45,679 nucleotides of DNA from an uncultured Thiotrichales bacterium (GTDB taxonomy: Bacteria > Pseudomonadota > Gammaproteobacteria > UWMA-0217): the NCBI GenBank assembly GCA_964577195.1, contig CAZNYF010000002.1:1-45679 (forward strand), given 5' to 3'. The notes below the pieces were generated by a model that searched no databases, had not been told where the DNA came from, and saw only the letters and a program-made list of their open reading frames with translations. The first letter of the stretch is position 1; every line of letters begins with the position of its first letter. This document shows positions 36,959-45,679 of this stretch, in pieces. Both the position numbers and the translations under genes were made by a program.

Positions 36959-37303
36959 TTAAGTCTCAACATCATCCGGGTCAAAATCTTCACCATAGTG
37001 AATCGTCAGCTCTTCTTTAGGCAGGATTTTTCGAATGGCATATAAATCAAATCCATCAAATTCAGCGCAAGGGTCTTCGCTATGATTTAAATAGCGTAGT
37101 AAATTTTTACCGTCCCGTCCTATCCAGTCATCTTCCTCTTCTTCAACCCACAAGACGTGCATACCATTGTCTTCGGTTTTTGGGCCATCGTAAGTACCGA
37201 GATAGGCGCCTGTTTTTATGGACTTGTGAGCATACAATCCCTTACCGTGTATGGAAGAGCGTTTAACAAAGAATAGTATTTTCAGTTCAGCAGTTGTTTT
37301 CAT
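36959..37303 (-). CDS. minimal SET-domain protein (putative lysine methyltransferase)
   Basis: With the ATG at 37303 the protein is 114 aa: VKRSSIHGKGLYA, RYLNHSEDPCAEF (NHS motif) and ELTIHYGEDF (post-SET-like Tyr). The longer ORF would overlap the divergent gene. Confidence 0.7.
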   Translation of the reverse strand: MKTTAELKILFFVKRSSIHGKGLYAHKSIKTGAYLGTYDGPKTEDNGMHVLWVEEEEDDWIGRDGKNLLRYLNHSEDPCAEFDGFDLYAIRKILPKEELTIHYGEDFDPDDVET

Positions 37304-37334
37304 GACTTGGTAAGTAACTATTGAGGATGTAGGA

Positions 37335-38054
37335 ATGGGGAATTCAAAAGTAACAGGTTCGTTTATTTCCGGGTTATTTCTTTTCTTAGGGTTGGTGGCA
37401 CTAGGATACTTGCTTGGGTCGAGTCTAATCAAGTTTAAGGAATATGAGCGTACAGTGACGGTAAAGGGATTATCTGAGCGAGAATTCCCGGCTGGTATTG
37501 CTGTTTGGCCAATTCAATTTAATCGTGCAGATAATGACCTAGAAAAAATTTATGATCTGCTGGACAGCGATGGCCAAAAGATTACAGTGTTTTTAACGAA
37601 AGCAGGTTTTGCAGGCAATGAGGTGAGTGTTGCTCCGCCCGCAATTACCGATAAATTAGCCCAACGATACGGTGGGGGAGGACAGGTTAAGTACCGTTAC
37701 ACTGCGAATCAAACCATTACAGTTTATACCCGGAATGTTGAGCAGGTTCGCAATGCGCAAAAAGATTTAGCAGAATTAGGAAAGTCTGGAATTTTGTTTA
37801 CCGGCCATGACTATGGCATCAGGACAGAGTTTCTCTTCAACCGCCTCAATGAGGTCAAGCCAGAAATGGTTGAAGAAGCAACTCGTAATGCGCGCGAGGT
37901 AGCTGAAAAATTCGCACGTGATTCCAATAGCGTATTAGGTAAGATCAAACAGGCTCGACAAGGTCGGTTCACCATTTCCGACCGAGATAACAATACCCCT
38001 CACATTAAAAAGGTGAGGGTGGTATCTACCATCGAGTATTATCTCTCTGATTAA
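37335..38054 (+). CDS. SIMPL/DUF541-like membrane-anchored protein
   Basis: N-terminal TM anchor, then ERTVTVKGLSEREFPAGIAVWPIQF, which resembles SIMPL-domain proteins. Family call is from memory. Confidence 0.5.
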   Translation: MGNSKVTGSFISGLFLFLGLVALGYLLGSSLIKFKEYERTVTVKGLSEREFPAGIAVWPIQFNRADNDLEKIYDLLDSDGQKITVFLTKAGFAGNEVSVAPPAITDKLAQRYGGGGQVKYRYTANQTITVYTRNVEQVRNAQKDLAELGKSGILFTGHDYGIRTEFLFNRLNEVKPEMVEEATRNAREVAEKFARDSNSVLGKIKQARQGRFTISDRDNNTPHIKKVRVVSTIEYYLSD

Positions 38055-38064
38055 AGGTTGAAAA

Positions 38065-40083
38065 CTACCGAGGGTTTTTGCTTGCTGACATAGTACCTTG
38101 GGTGGCTGGAGCAATTGTAGTCATGCGGTCTTTCAGTCTACTGCTAACGCTACCATTGGATTTCCAGTCAAAAATAGTACTGTAGAAATGAACGGCTTTG
38201 ACGTAATTTCGTGTTTCATCAAAAGTAATCGTATCTACCCAGATATCTGCATCCAGAGCTGTTTCTTCTGGTAACCATTTTTTAACGCGATGTGGGCCGG
38301 CATTATAACTGGCGGTCGCCAGAATTTCGTTGTTGTCATAACGATCAAGAACCCGGCGCAAATAATAGGTGCCCAGCTTGATGCTGTGGCCGGCTTTTTT
38401 AAGTTGCTTTTTACTGAGGCGCTTAATGCCCAGTTTACGCGTGAGATGTTTGGCGGTTGCGGGCATCACTTGCATTAATCCAAGTGCGCCTGCTGGTGAA
38501 ACTGCCGTTTCTTTAAAAGCGCTTTCTCTACGCATGACACCATAGACCAGGCTTGGACGGACTTTTCTAATCTTAGCTTCTTGATTGACCTGCTGTTTGT
38601 ACAGAAGCGGGAATCTTAAATCAAGATCAGAAAAATGCTTAGCCTGAGCCGTTGTAACAATCGCGGTAAAATGCCAGTTCCAGGTGTGCGCCAACTGCGC
38701 CGCCACCCGTTTTTGATGCAGGGACATTTGATCAATTTCGAACCTCCATTCGCTATACGCTTTTCCCTCGCGGCCTAAAACGTACAACGCTTTAATGCGT
38801 TGAAAAGCAGCGGAGTCCTCCAGTGTTTTCACTAGGTCGGCGTCACTTTGATCAACCACTGGTACATTCGTGAAGGTGTATTCCTGATTAAGAATATCTG
38901 CGACCATAAAGCCGTAATAGCTCGTTTTGGTTACCAGGGTTTGATAAATCTGATTGGCAAGGCTTTCATTTCCAAGCTGTTGATTGGCCCTGGCTTTCCA
39001 GTACTGCCATTGTTCCTTGTCACGCTTTTCGGCAGGTAATTGATTGACAGACTCATCAACCATTGCCCAATCCCCTGCGCGCGCAGCAGTTCTCACGCGC
39101 CACTCCATTGCTTCGTCGTTTAGTAGCTCGTGGGGGATTAATTCAAACCATTGATAGGCTTCTGGCATATGCCTCCAAGCAGCACGTAGCACCAGGCTGC
39201 TTTCTAAATCGCTAATCTGGGCGTCGGTAAATTCAAAAGAGGGTTTAAAATGATCGTGCCATTGTCGCCAAGCTTTGACTGTATCATCGCGGCTATAGCG
39301 TTTGATGCCATGAATAATGATCTCCCGGTTTCGAGCGGTATCTTGCCATTTAGCGGCAGATTTTAACATTTTACCTGCACTTTTGTGCATTTTTGACCAA
39401 CGCTGGAATTGTGGCTGACTTTTTTTGGATAGTTTTTTGGATAGATAGCGTGCCAGTGACAGTTTGTTTTTATTCATCGCCAAACCAATTCTCTGCCACC
39501 GTATTTCATCGGTAATGACACCTTTAGCCACCAGCATCTCAAATAAGGGGTCACAAGCATCATCGACGGATTGGCCGGTTAACCAAAGGTTAGTAGCTTG
39601 CGTCAATCGCGCTTTAGAATTGCCATGAACAGACAAGTTTGCTCTTGCTGCGTAGCAGCGTAATTTTTCTTTCTTTTCGTCTGCGTAGATGCGCAGGAAT
39701 TGATCCCATTGATGTCTCGAACCGAGCCAAAGCAACCTTTGGTTGTGGATACGGGAAGATAGATAGCTACCGGGGTACTTTTCGAAAAATGACTCAATAC
39801 TGGTAGCATCTCCGATACTGCGGAGCGTTTCCCTGTATTCAAGATACGGAAGTAACGGATAGTCAGTCAACTCCAATTTAGCCTGTCGGTACTTAGCCAG
39901 TTGCCCTTTATTGAAGTATTGTTCTGCCGCGAGAAATTTTTTCTCCTGATCTGACAAGAATATTTCATTGGCATTTACGCTAAAAGGCAGCGTTAGAAGC
40001 ACCAGCAAAGTCAGTGCAATAAAACGTGACTGATCGATGAGATTGTTAGTATATTTTTCCACTCTATATCCCTGTTCTTGCAA
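38065..40083 (-). CDS. slt: soluble lytic murein transglycosylase (Slt70-like)
   Basis: Signal peptide, a long superhelical U-domain and a C-terminal SLT catalytic motif RRESAFKETAVSPAGALGLMQVMP...YNAGP. The start is either TTG 40083 or GTG 40062. Confidence 0.85.
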   Translation of the reverse strand: MQEQGYRVEKYTNNLIDQSRFIALTLLVLLTLPFSVNANEIFLSDQEKKFLAAEQYFNKGQLAKYRQAKLELTDYPLLPYLEYRETLRSIGDATSIESFFEKYPGSYLSSRIHNQRLLWLGSRHQWDQFLRIYADEKKEKLRCYAARANLSVHGNSKARLTQATNLWLTGQSVDDACDPLFEMLVAKGVITDEIRWQRIGLAMNKNKLSLARYLSKKLSKKSQPQFQRWSKMHKSAGKMLKSAAKWQDTARNREIIIHGIKRYSRDDTVKAWRQWHDHFKPSFEFTDAQISDLESSLVLRAAWRHMPEAYQWFELIPHELLNDEAMEWRVRTAARAGDWAMVDESVNQLPAEKRDKEQWQYWKARANQQLGNESLANQIYQTLVTKTSYYGFMVADILNQEYTFTNVPVVDQSDADLVKTLEDSAAFQRIKALYVLGREGKAYSEWRFEIDQMSLHQKRVAAQLAHTWNWHFTAIVTTAQAKHFSDLDLRFPLLYKQQVNQEAKIRKVRPSLVYGVMRRESAFKETAVSPAGALGLMQVMPATAKHLTRKLGIKRLSKKQLKKAGHSIKLGTYYLRRVLDRYDNNEILATASYNAGPHRVKKWLPEETALDADIWVDTITFDETRNYVKAVHFYSTIFDWKSNGSVSSRLKDRMTTIAPATQGTMSASKNPR

Positions 40084-40206
40084 GCCCTTAATTATTGTAA
40101 CTTATCTACGGATTATCCTAATCCTCAAAGCGATAAATGTACTGGTTTCTATGAGCCAGTGTTATTTCGATAGTTATCTTCGCAAATAGTTCGCCTTGAA
40201 AGAATT

Positions 40207-42069
40207 TTAGCGGCTCAAAAATGAACGCTCATCGCGCGAGCAGGCGATATGTAAGTCCACATCAACTTGATCCGGGAATTCTTGCGCCACCAGCCAGATT
40301 TGACTAATTTCTTCGCTGAAATCCGGTAAAGCATTGAGTGTTTCCCTAATCCTTTGCTGGTCAAAAAAGGCGAAAGGCTCATCAAAGAAAATAAACTGCC
40401 GACCGGTTTCGATTGCTGAGATTAGTTCTTGTGACATCGCCAATCGTAACGCCAACATGATTTGTCGCTGTGTGCCGCTGGAGATTTCTTCAAACCCCAT
40501 AAAGTCATGTTTTTCGTTCGAGAAAACCCGCACATCGAGGTTTTCGTCTATTTTTAAATGCTGATAACGTCCCAGTGTAAATTTGGGTAATGCTTCACCT
40601 GCCAATTTTAGAATAGATTGATTAAACCGATGCGATAGATGATGCGATGCTGAATCCAGCAACTTACTGGACATCTCACGCACCTTGATTCGATGCATGT
40701 GATCGGCAAGTTTAATGTTCAAACTATCGCGAACAGAAAATAACTGGGCTGCGTTATCAAGCCGGCCTTGTTCCTGGGTTAAAGCAATGTCGAGTGAGTC
40801 AAGCTGCCGCTGGATTTGAGACGCATCTTGCTCCAAATGCGTGGTGATAAAAGCTTCGCCCTCTGACACCTCTTCAAAACTGGCTGACAATGTACTAGTG
40901 CGCGTTTCAAGCTGTTTAATACGGGGGAGAAAATCTTCCTCATCTTCTACTGGAGCTTCGGAAGCTACCTCTATCATTGATCCAATAGCATCGGGCAACG
41001 AATCTGATGAGCGCTGGTTATCCATACGAATGACATCCAAATGTTCTGGCAGCTCTGCCACTTGCGCTTGCAGGCGCTTCACTTTGCCGCGCATTTTATA
41101 CAGGAGCACCAGTTCCAGTAAAAATAATGCCGAAAATAACAGTGCTAACGGTAGTAACCAGAGCTTGTAGCGTTGCTCCCAGTCTGGAATGTATGTCGTC
41201 GCGAGCTGGGTGAATTTGTCAGCTTCCACGTAGTCTGGAAACCATTGATAAAGACCCCAGATCACCCAAAGCGCAGCGGCTACGAGCACGAAGAACAAAC
41301 CCAAAAACTGTGCTAGATATCTCGCCCAGCGTGCGGATTTGAGTCTTGGTAAACCTTCTCGATACCCTTTTGCTACTGTAGCGAGTCGGTTCATCAAACC
41401 TTGTTTTTGATCTAACTGAGCCTGGAAACCATCACGGGCGCTATTGAGTTGCGGATGCCACTGCTCATCAATACCTAACTCATCGAGTGAATTTTGTGCA
41501 TCCTGGTAGTCAGTATTGGTCTGTGACTGAAGTACTTTTTCATCGTCGATGGATCCCAGTAATCCGGATGCAACATCGGCGAGCGGCGCAACACCTGCCA
41601 TTACTTTAATGGTATGGCTATGCGGATGAGGCGTGCTCAATTCTCGCTGCGCTAGATAGAATGACTCGATGAATTCGTTATAGCCAAAACCGATCAAACG
41701 CTGCAATTCGGCATCTACTTGATCAATACCTTTGGCGATAATAGCGCCATCGTCATCACGTACCAGCCGAGCGCCGTAAGCGCCTTCATCATCCAGATAG
41801 CGTTTTATTTGATACGCTTCGTCGTCTTTGCCAGAAAAGTTAACGGTTACCGAGCATTGCGATTCACCCCAGCGAATCAGCTTGCGGGGGTCGTCAAGCT
41901 GCAGGGTGAAGGTTCGCCCGAAAAGCGCAAAACACAGCGTTTCGCCAATTGAGGTTTTTCCCGATTCATTTTGACCGCTGACGGCAATCAAACCCTTAGC
42001 GGGTAGATTGTCGATATCCAGATCAGCATATTTTAGAAAATTTTCGGCTTGAATGCGATGAATGATCAT
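40207..42069 (-). CDS. Rad50/SbcC/SMC-like ABC ATPase with two central transmembrane helices
   Basis: Walker A GQNESGKTS, Q-loop FYLAQ, ABC signature SSGTQRQ and Walker B FIFFDEP. Two hydrophobic helices at aa 251-277 and 303-324 (nt 41098..41319) interrupt the coiled-coil region. Confidence 0.75.
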   Translation of the reverse strand: MIIHRIQAENFLKYADLDIDNLPAKGLIAVSGQNESGKTSIGETLCFALFGRTFTLQLDDPRKLIRWGESQCSVTVNFSGKDDEAYQIKRYLDDEGAYGARLVRDDDGAIIAKGIDQVDAELQRLIGFGYNEFIESFYLAQRELSTPHPHSHTIKVMAGVAPLADVASGLLGSIDDEKVLQSQTNTDYQDAQNSLDELGIDEQWHPQLNSARDGFQAQLDQKQGLMNRLATVAKGYREGLPRLKSARWARYLAQFLGLFFVLVAAALWVIWGLYQWFPDYVEADKFTQLATTYIPDWEQRYKLWLLPLALLFSALFLLELVLLYKMRGKVKRLQAQVAELPEHLDVIRMDNQRSSDSLPDAIGSMIEVASEAPVEDEEDFLPRIKQLETRTSTLSASFEEVSEGEAFITTHLEQDASQIQRQLDSLDIALTQEQGRLDNAAQLFSVRDSLNIKLADHMHRIKVREMSSKLLDSASHHLSHRFNQSILKLAGEALPKFTLGRYQHLKIDENLDVRVFSNEKHDFMGFEEISSGTQRQIMLALRLAMSQELISAIETGRQFIFFDEPFAFFDQQRIRETLNALPDFSEEISQIWLVAQEFPDQVDVDLHIACSRDERSFLSR

Positions 42070-42254
42070 TGCATGCCTTCCAGATCAAGCGCGCCGAGTT
42101 TGCGCAGTACCAGCTTCACCGCCTCATCAAAAATTTCCGGATCGAAATCTTCTTCACTGCTGCGGCGTTCCAACTCTGTAGAGCAAAATTTAGCGAAGGT
42201 TCTGGCGGGACCGGTGAGTTCGAGAGAATCTAACCAACTGTCTATTGAGGACAT
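42066..42254 (-). CDS. small acidic protein coupled to the ATPase gene
   Basis: 62 aa, acidic (EEDFDPEIFDE). Its TGA overlaps the ATPase ATG in an ATGA junction. I recognise no family. Confidence 0.5.
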   Translation of the reverse strand: MSSIDSWLDSLELTGPARTFAKFCSTELERRSSEEDFDPEIFDEAVKLVLRKLGALDLEGMQ

Positions 42255-42349
42255 GAGTATCCTTTAACCGTTTAACTAGAGAACACCTAAAGAATATTAC
42301 ATCTGAGGGTTGATATTGAAAACAATTAATAACAAATTAAGCAAGGTTT

Positions 42350-43609
42350 TTATGCACGCTTCATGGTATCGAAGAAATCGTTATTGTTTTTCGTTGATTG
42401 TAGCTTGCCAATGATAAACTCCATCGCTTCGAAATCATCCATTGAATGCAGGAACTTGCGCAAGATCCACAGTTTTTGTAGTTCGTCATCGTCCGTTAAC
42501 AACTCTTCTCGTCGAGTGCCGGAGCGGCGGATGTTAATCGCAGGGTAAAGGCGCTTCTCACTGATTTTTCGGTCCAGATGTAATTCAGAGTTGCCGGTGC
42601 CTTTAAACTCTTCATAAATAACTTCATCCATTTTGGAGCCAGTATCGATCAATGCAGTCGCGATGATGGTCAGCGAACCACCTTCTTCGATATTTCTGGC
42701 GGCACCGAAAAAACGCTTGGGGCGTTGCAATGCGTTTGCATCGACACCACCCGTCAGTACTTTTCCAGAGGAGGGTACAACCGTATTATAGGCGCGTGCC
42801 AAGCGGGTAATTGAATCGAGCAGAATGATCACATCCTTTTTATGCTCAACCAGACGTTTGGCTTTTTCGATAACCATTTCAGCCACTTGTACGTGGCGTG
42901 TTGCAGGCTCATCAAAGGTTGAAGAAACCACTTCACCTTTAACCATCCGCGACATCTCGGTTACTTCTTCAGGACGCTCATCAATCAGTAATACGATTAA
43001 TGTGGCATCTGGCGCATTCTGAGTAATGCTCTGCGCGATATTCTGCAACATGATGGTCTTACCCGCTTTAGGTGGTGCGATAATTAATCCACGCTGCCCA
43101 AGCCCAATTGGCGAGACGATATCAATCACTCTGGCGGTAATGTCTTCAGTACTGCCGTTACCGACTTCCATGCGCAGGCGTTCATCAGGGTGCAATGGCG
43201 TCAGGTTTTCAAACAGAATTTTGGATTTCGCTTTTTCTGGCGATTCGAAATTAATCTCAGAGACTTTGAGCATGGCAAAATAACGCTCATTGTCTTTTGG
43301 TGGTCTGATTTTCCCGGATATGGTGTCGCCAGTCCTTAATCCAAAGCGACGAATCTGGCTGGGTGAAACATAAATGTCATCAGGGCCGGCAAGATAGGAG
43401 CTATCCGATGAACGCAGAAAACCAAAACCATCCTGAAGAATCTCCAGCACGCCATCGCCAAAAATATCCTCACCTTTTTTCGCATGCGCTTTAAGAATAG
43501 AAAAAATGACGTTTTGCTTTCTCGAGCGGGAGATGTTCTCTACTCCCATGGATTCAGCAAGTTTCAGTAATTTAGCAGGCGGGGTTTGTTTCAGTTCGGT
43601 GAGATTCAT
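42350..43609 (-). CDS. rho: transcription termination factor Rho
   Basis: 419 aa. N-terminus [22 protein letters not shown], an RNA-binding OB region and Walker A PPKAGKT. Collinear with E. coli Rho. Confidence 0.97.
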   Translation of the reverse strand: MNLTELKQTPPAKLLKLAESMGVENISRSRKQNVIFSILKAHAKKGEDIFGDGVLEILQDGFGFLRSSDSSYLAGPDDIYVSPSQIRRFGLRTGDTISGKIRPPKDNERYFAMLKVSEINFESPEKAKSKILFENLTPLHPDERLRMEVGNGSTEDITARVIDIVSPIGLGQRGLIIAPPKAGKTIMLQNIAQSITQNAPDATLIVLLIDERPEEVTEMSRMVKGEVVSSTFDEPATRHVQVAEMVIEKAKRLVEHKKDVIILLDSITRLARAYNTVVPSSGKVLTGGVDANALQRPKRFFGAARNIEEGGSLTIIATALIDTGSKMDEVIYEEFKGTGNSELHLDRKISEKRLYPAINIRRSGTRREELLTDDDELQKLWILRKFLHSMDDFEAMEFIIGKLQSTKNNNDFFDTMKRA

Positions 43610-43857
43610 AGAAGACTTTGTATTTTGAGATGAGATTAATAAATTACGACGGCGACCGGACTGGCAATGAGTCCACGCATGGAGGGCGTAAAAAAAGTTT
43701 TTTTATTGAGAGATTCGTGCGCTGGAATAGTGCAATCGAAGGACTTGCCAAGAACTATAGTACGAAACACGAACGCCGTAAAGCGTTCGCTGTGACGGTT
43801 ATCTGAAATATTGTAGGGTTGGGTCGATATCTTGCAATATCAGCCCAACATGATGAT
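43610..43857 (-). promoter_or_regulatory. rho promoter/5' leader region
   Basis: 248-nt non-coding gap upstream of rho. The transcript strand is relatively C-rich and contains a 7-bp hairpin CGAACGC/GCGTTCG (about 43769..43788). The function is inferred only by analogy with the autoregulated E. coli rho leader. Confidence 0.3.
43818..43849 (-). terminator. hairpin immediately downstream of trxA
   Basis: GTTGGG..GATAT / ATATC..CCCAAC imperfect 13-bp stem, starting 9 nt after the trxA stop. The U-tract is poor, so termination efficiency is uncertain. Confidence 0.4.
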
Positions 43858-44184
43858 CTAAATATTCTGATCGAGAAAAGCGGCTAATTGCGATTTTGAC
43901 AGCGCACCAACTTTGGTTGCCTCTACTTCGCCATTCTTAAATAGCATCAATGTAGGAATCCCGCGAATTCCGTATTTGGGAGGTGTTCCGGGGTTCTCAT
44001 CGATGTTTATTTTCGCGACTTTAATACGCCCCGTGTATTCTGCCGCAATTTCCTCTAGAATTGGCGCGATCATTTTACAAGGGCCGCACCATTCTGCCCA
44101 ATAATCAACCAGCACAGGCTGCTCTGATTTTAAAACTTCGTCCTCAAAGCTGTCATCGCTGAGATGTGTTAGCTCGTCACTCAC
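43858..44184 (-). CDS. trxA: thioredoxin 1
   Basis: The GTG at 44184 has GGAG 7 nt upstream and gives a 108-aa protein, (M)[17 protein letters not shown]...WAEWCGPCK, collinear with TrxA. The ORF-track ATG at 44205 adds 7 atypical residues. Confidence 0.9.
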   Translation of the reverse strand: MSDELTHLSDDSFEDEVLKSEQPVLVDYWAEWCGPCKMIAPILEEIAAEYTGRIKVAKINIDENPGTPPKYGIRGIPTLMLFKNGEVEATKVGALSKSQLAAFLDQNI

Positions 44185-44288
44185 ATCAAGTCTCCGTGTA
44201 AACATATGTAATTAGCCTTGAGACTAGCGGATTGTGCTAAGCAAGTCCATATTGCAGCAATCCCCACATTATTTATGCGATTTAATTT

Positions 44289-45599
44289 ATGAGCGACCAA
44301 CATCTTACCGAAACCCGATTTAGCGACTTTGACCTTCCTGAAAAACTGCTTGAAGGCATCACGGCAAGCGGGTTTGAATTCTGCACGCCAATTCAAGCGC
44401 AAACCATCCCTCTTTTACTGGAGGGCAAAGACATTGCTGGTCAGGCGCAAACCGGTACCGGGAAAACAGCGGCCTTTCTGGTTGCCACTTTTACCCGCTT
44501 GCTGCGTAATCAGCCTGCTGCCGATAGAAAGCCCAAGCAGCCACGCGCATTTATGCTCGCACCAACGCGTGAGCTGGCGATTCAGATTCACAGCGATGCA
44601 AAGCTACTCAACAAAACCTGCGGATTCAAGCTTGGTATTGCCTACGGTGGTATCGACTACGAGAAACAACGCCGACAATTTGATGACGGCATTGATATTC
44701 TAATTGGGACACCTGGACGCTTAATCGATTACCTCAAGCAAGGTGTGTTTGATCTGCGTGCTGTTGAAGTGTTGGTGCTCGATGAGGCGGATCGGATGTT
44801 TGACCTTGGTTTTATCAAGGATCTAAGATTTTTACTCAATCGCTGCTCTAAACCGGAAAAACGTCTCAGCATGCTGTTTTCTGCAACCTTGTCATTTCGG
44901 GTTCTCGAACTCGCTTACATGCACATGAATGATGCCCAGAAAATTGAGGTGCAAGCAGAGCAGGTGACCGCAGACCGGGTTGAGCAAAGTGTTTTTTACA
45001 CCGCCAATACCGATAAAATTCCGTTACTGCTCGGGTTGCTCAAAAAGCAGAACCCTGATCGCAGTATCGTCTTCACCAATACCAAAAAAGCTGCAGAAAA
45101 TATTGTCGCCTGGCTGGAAGGCAATGACTACAAAGTCGCCATGCTTTCGGGTGATGTGCCGCAGAATAAACGCCAAAAACTCCTAGAACAGTTTGGCTCG
45201 GGTGAGCGTAATATTCTGGTTGCAACCGATGTTGCTGCGCGTGGTTTGCATATCCCGAATGTTACCCATGTATTCAATTTCGATTTGCCACAGATCGCTG
45301 CAGATTACGTCCACAGGATCGGCAGGACTGCTCGCGCCGGAGCCTCTGGACAAGCACTTAGCTTTGCCTGCGAAGACACGTCTTTTTATCTGCCTGATAT
45401 CGAAGAATATTTGGGGCAAAAACTACCTGTTTCGGACGTCCAGGAGTTTATTGCGACGGATTACAAGCCTGCCGCAAAAGTTAAGCGATACGGGAACTCA
45501 GGCCGTTCTGGGAAACCTAATGGTGGCCATCACAAAGGCCAGGGTGGGCGGAAATTTTCTGGTAATCGGAACCAGAACCGGAATCGCAGTAGAAGCTAG
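44289..45599 (+). CDS. rhlB: ATP-dependent DEAD-box RNA helicase RhlB
   Basis: Q-motif FCTPIQ, AQTGTGKT, DEAD, SAT, HRIGRTARAG and an Arg/Gly/Asn-rich tail. It is divergent from trxA-rho, as in E. coli. Confidence 0.9.
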   Translation: MSDQHLTETRFSDFDLPEKLLEGITASGFEFCTPIQAQTIPLLLEGKDIAGQAQTGTGKTAAFLVATFTRLLRNQPAADRKPKQPRAFMLAPTRELAIQIHSDAKLLNKTCGFKLGIAYGGIDYEKQRRQFDDGIDILIGTPGRLIDYLKQGVFDLRAVEVLVLDEADRMFDLGFIKDLRFLLNRCSKPEKRLSMLFSATLSFRVLELAYMHMNDAQKIEVQAEQVTADRVEQSVFYTANTDKIPLLLGLLKKQNPDRSIVFTNTKKAAENIVAWLEGNDYKVAMLSGDVPQNKRQKLLEQFGSGERNILVATDVAARGLHIPNVTHVFNFDLPQIAADYVHRIGRTARAGASGQALSFACEDTSFYLPDIEEYLGQKLPVSDVQEFIATDYKPAAKVKRYGNSGRSGKPNGGHHKGQGGRKFSGNRNQNRNRSRS

Positions 45600-45679
45600 T
45601 ACTCCAACAACGTTGCTTTGATGAGTCAGTGAGTCATCAAGCGGTTAGATGTGGTTTTATTTTTATGAGACATATAGAT

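Noticed and set aside
45193-45621. 142-aa alternative-frame ORF inside rhlB
   Set aside because: The rhlB frame carries all the DEAD-box motifs, and the alternative frame has no features.
45618-45640. Possible terminator hairpin after rhlB (TTGATGA..TCATCAA)
   Set aside because: The stem is only 7 bp with a 9-nt loop and no adjacent T-tract. It is also too close to the window end to judge.
1-45679. Scan for CRISPR arrays, tRNA/rRNA genes, IS elements, integrases and long direct repeats
   Set aside because: I saw no spaced direct repeats, no transposase- or integrase-like ORFs, and no intergenic region with tRNA-like structure. The only recurring non-coding element is the 20-bp palindrome reported above.

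Overview
The window looks like core chromosome of a gammaproteobacterial sulfur-oxidising chemolithotroph. The taxon is inferred only from gene content and from rhlB-trxA-rho synteny.

Gene content, left to right:
- lolC-lolD, glyQS, then a small cluster of unknown-function genes.
- proS, followed by a DUF4124 + MIF-like tautomerase pair.
- A two-gene RND efflux pump (adaptor + permease), then pncC-mtaB.
- soxXA with no other sox genes, then a BepA-like M48/TPR protease.
- A rhodanese + DsrE-family pair.
- A complete reverse-type dissimilatory sulfite reductase locus, dsrABEFHCMKLJOPNR (21458..34024).
- Directly downstream: a cytoplasmic GAF histidine kinase, a NarL/LuxR response regulator and a second rhodanese.
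- A hypoxanthine-type DNA glycosylase, a minimal SET-domain protein, a SIMPL-like protein and slt.
- A two-gene cassette (small acidic protein + Rad50/SMC-like ATPase with two central transmembrane helices), then rho, trxA and rhlB.

I saw no tRNA, rRNA, CRISPR array, transposase or integrase.

Observations most worth follow-up:
1. A near-identical 20-bp palindrome overlaps the predicted -10 box of two unlinked promoters, the RND pump and the rhodanese/DsrE operon.
2. The membrane-anchored Rad50-like ATPase cassette has no nuclease partner.
3. The sensor kinase/regulator/rhodanese operon sits at the 3' end of the dsr locus, where Allochromatium has dsrS.
4. Strong intrinsic-terminator-like hairpins partition the dsr locus after dsrA, dsrC and dsrP.

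All family assignments come from motifs read in the translations and from memory of those families. No database search was run.
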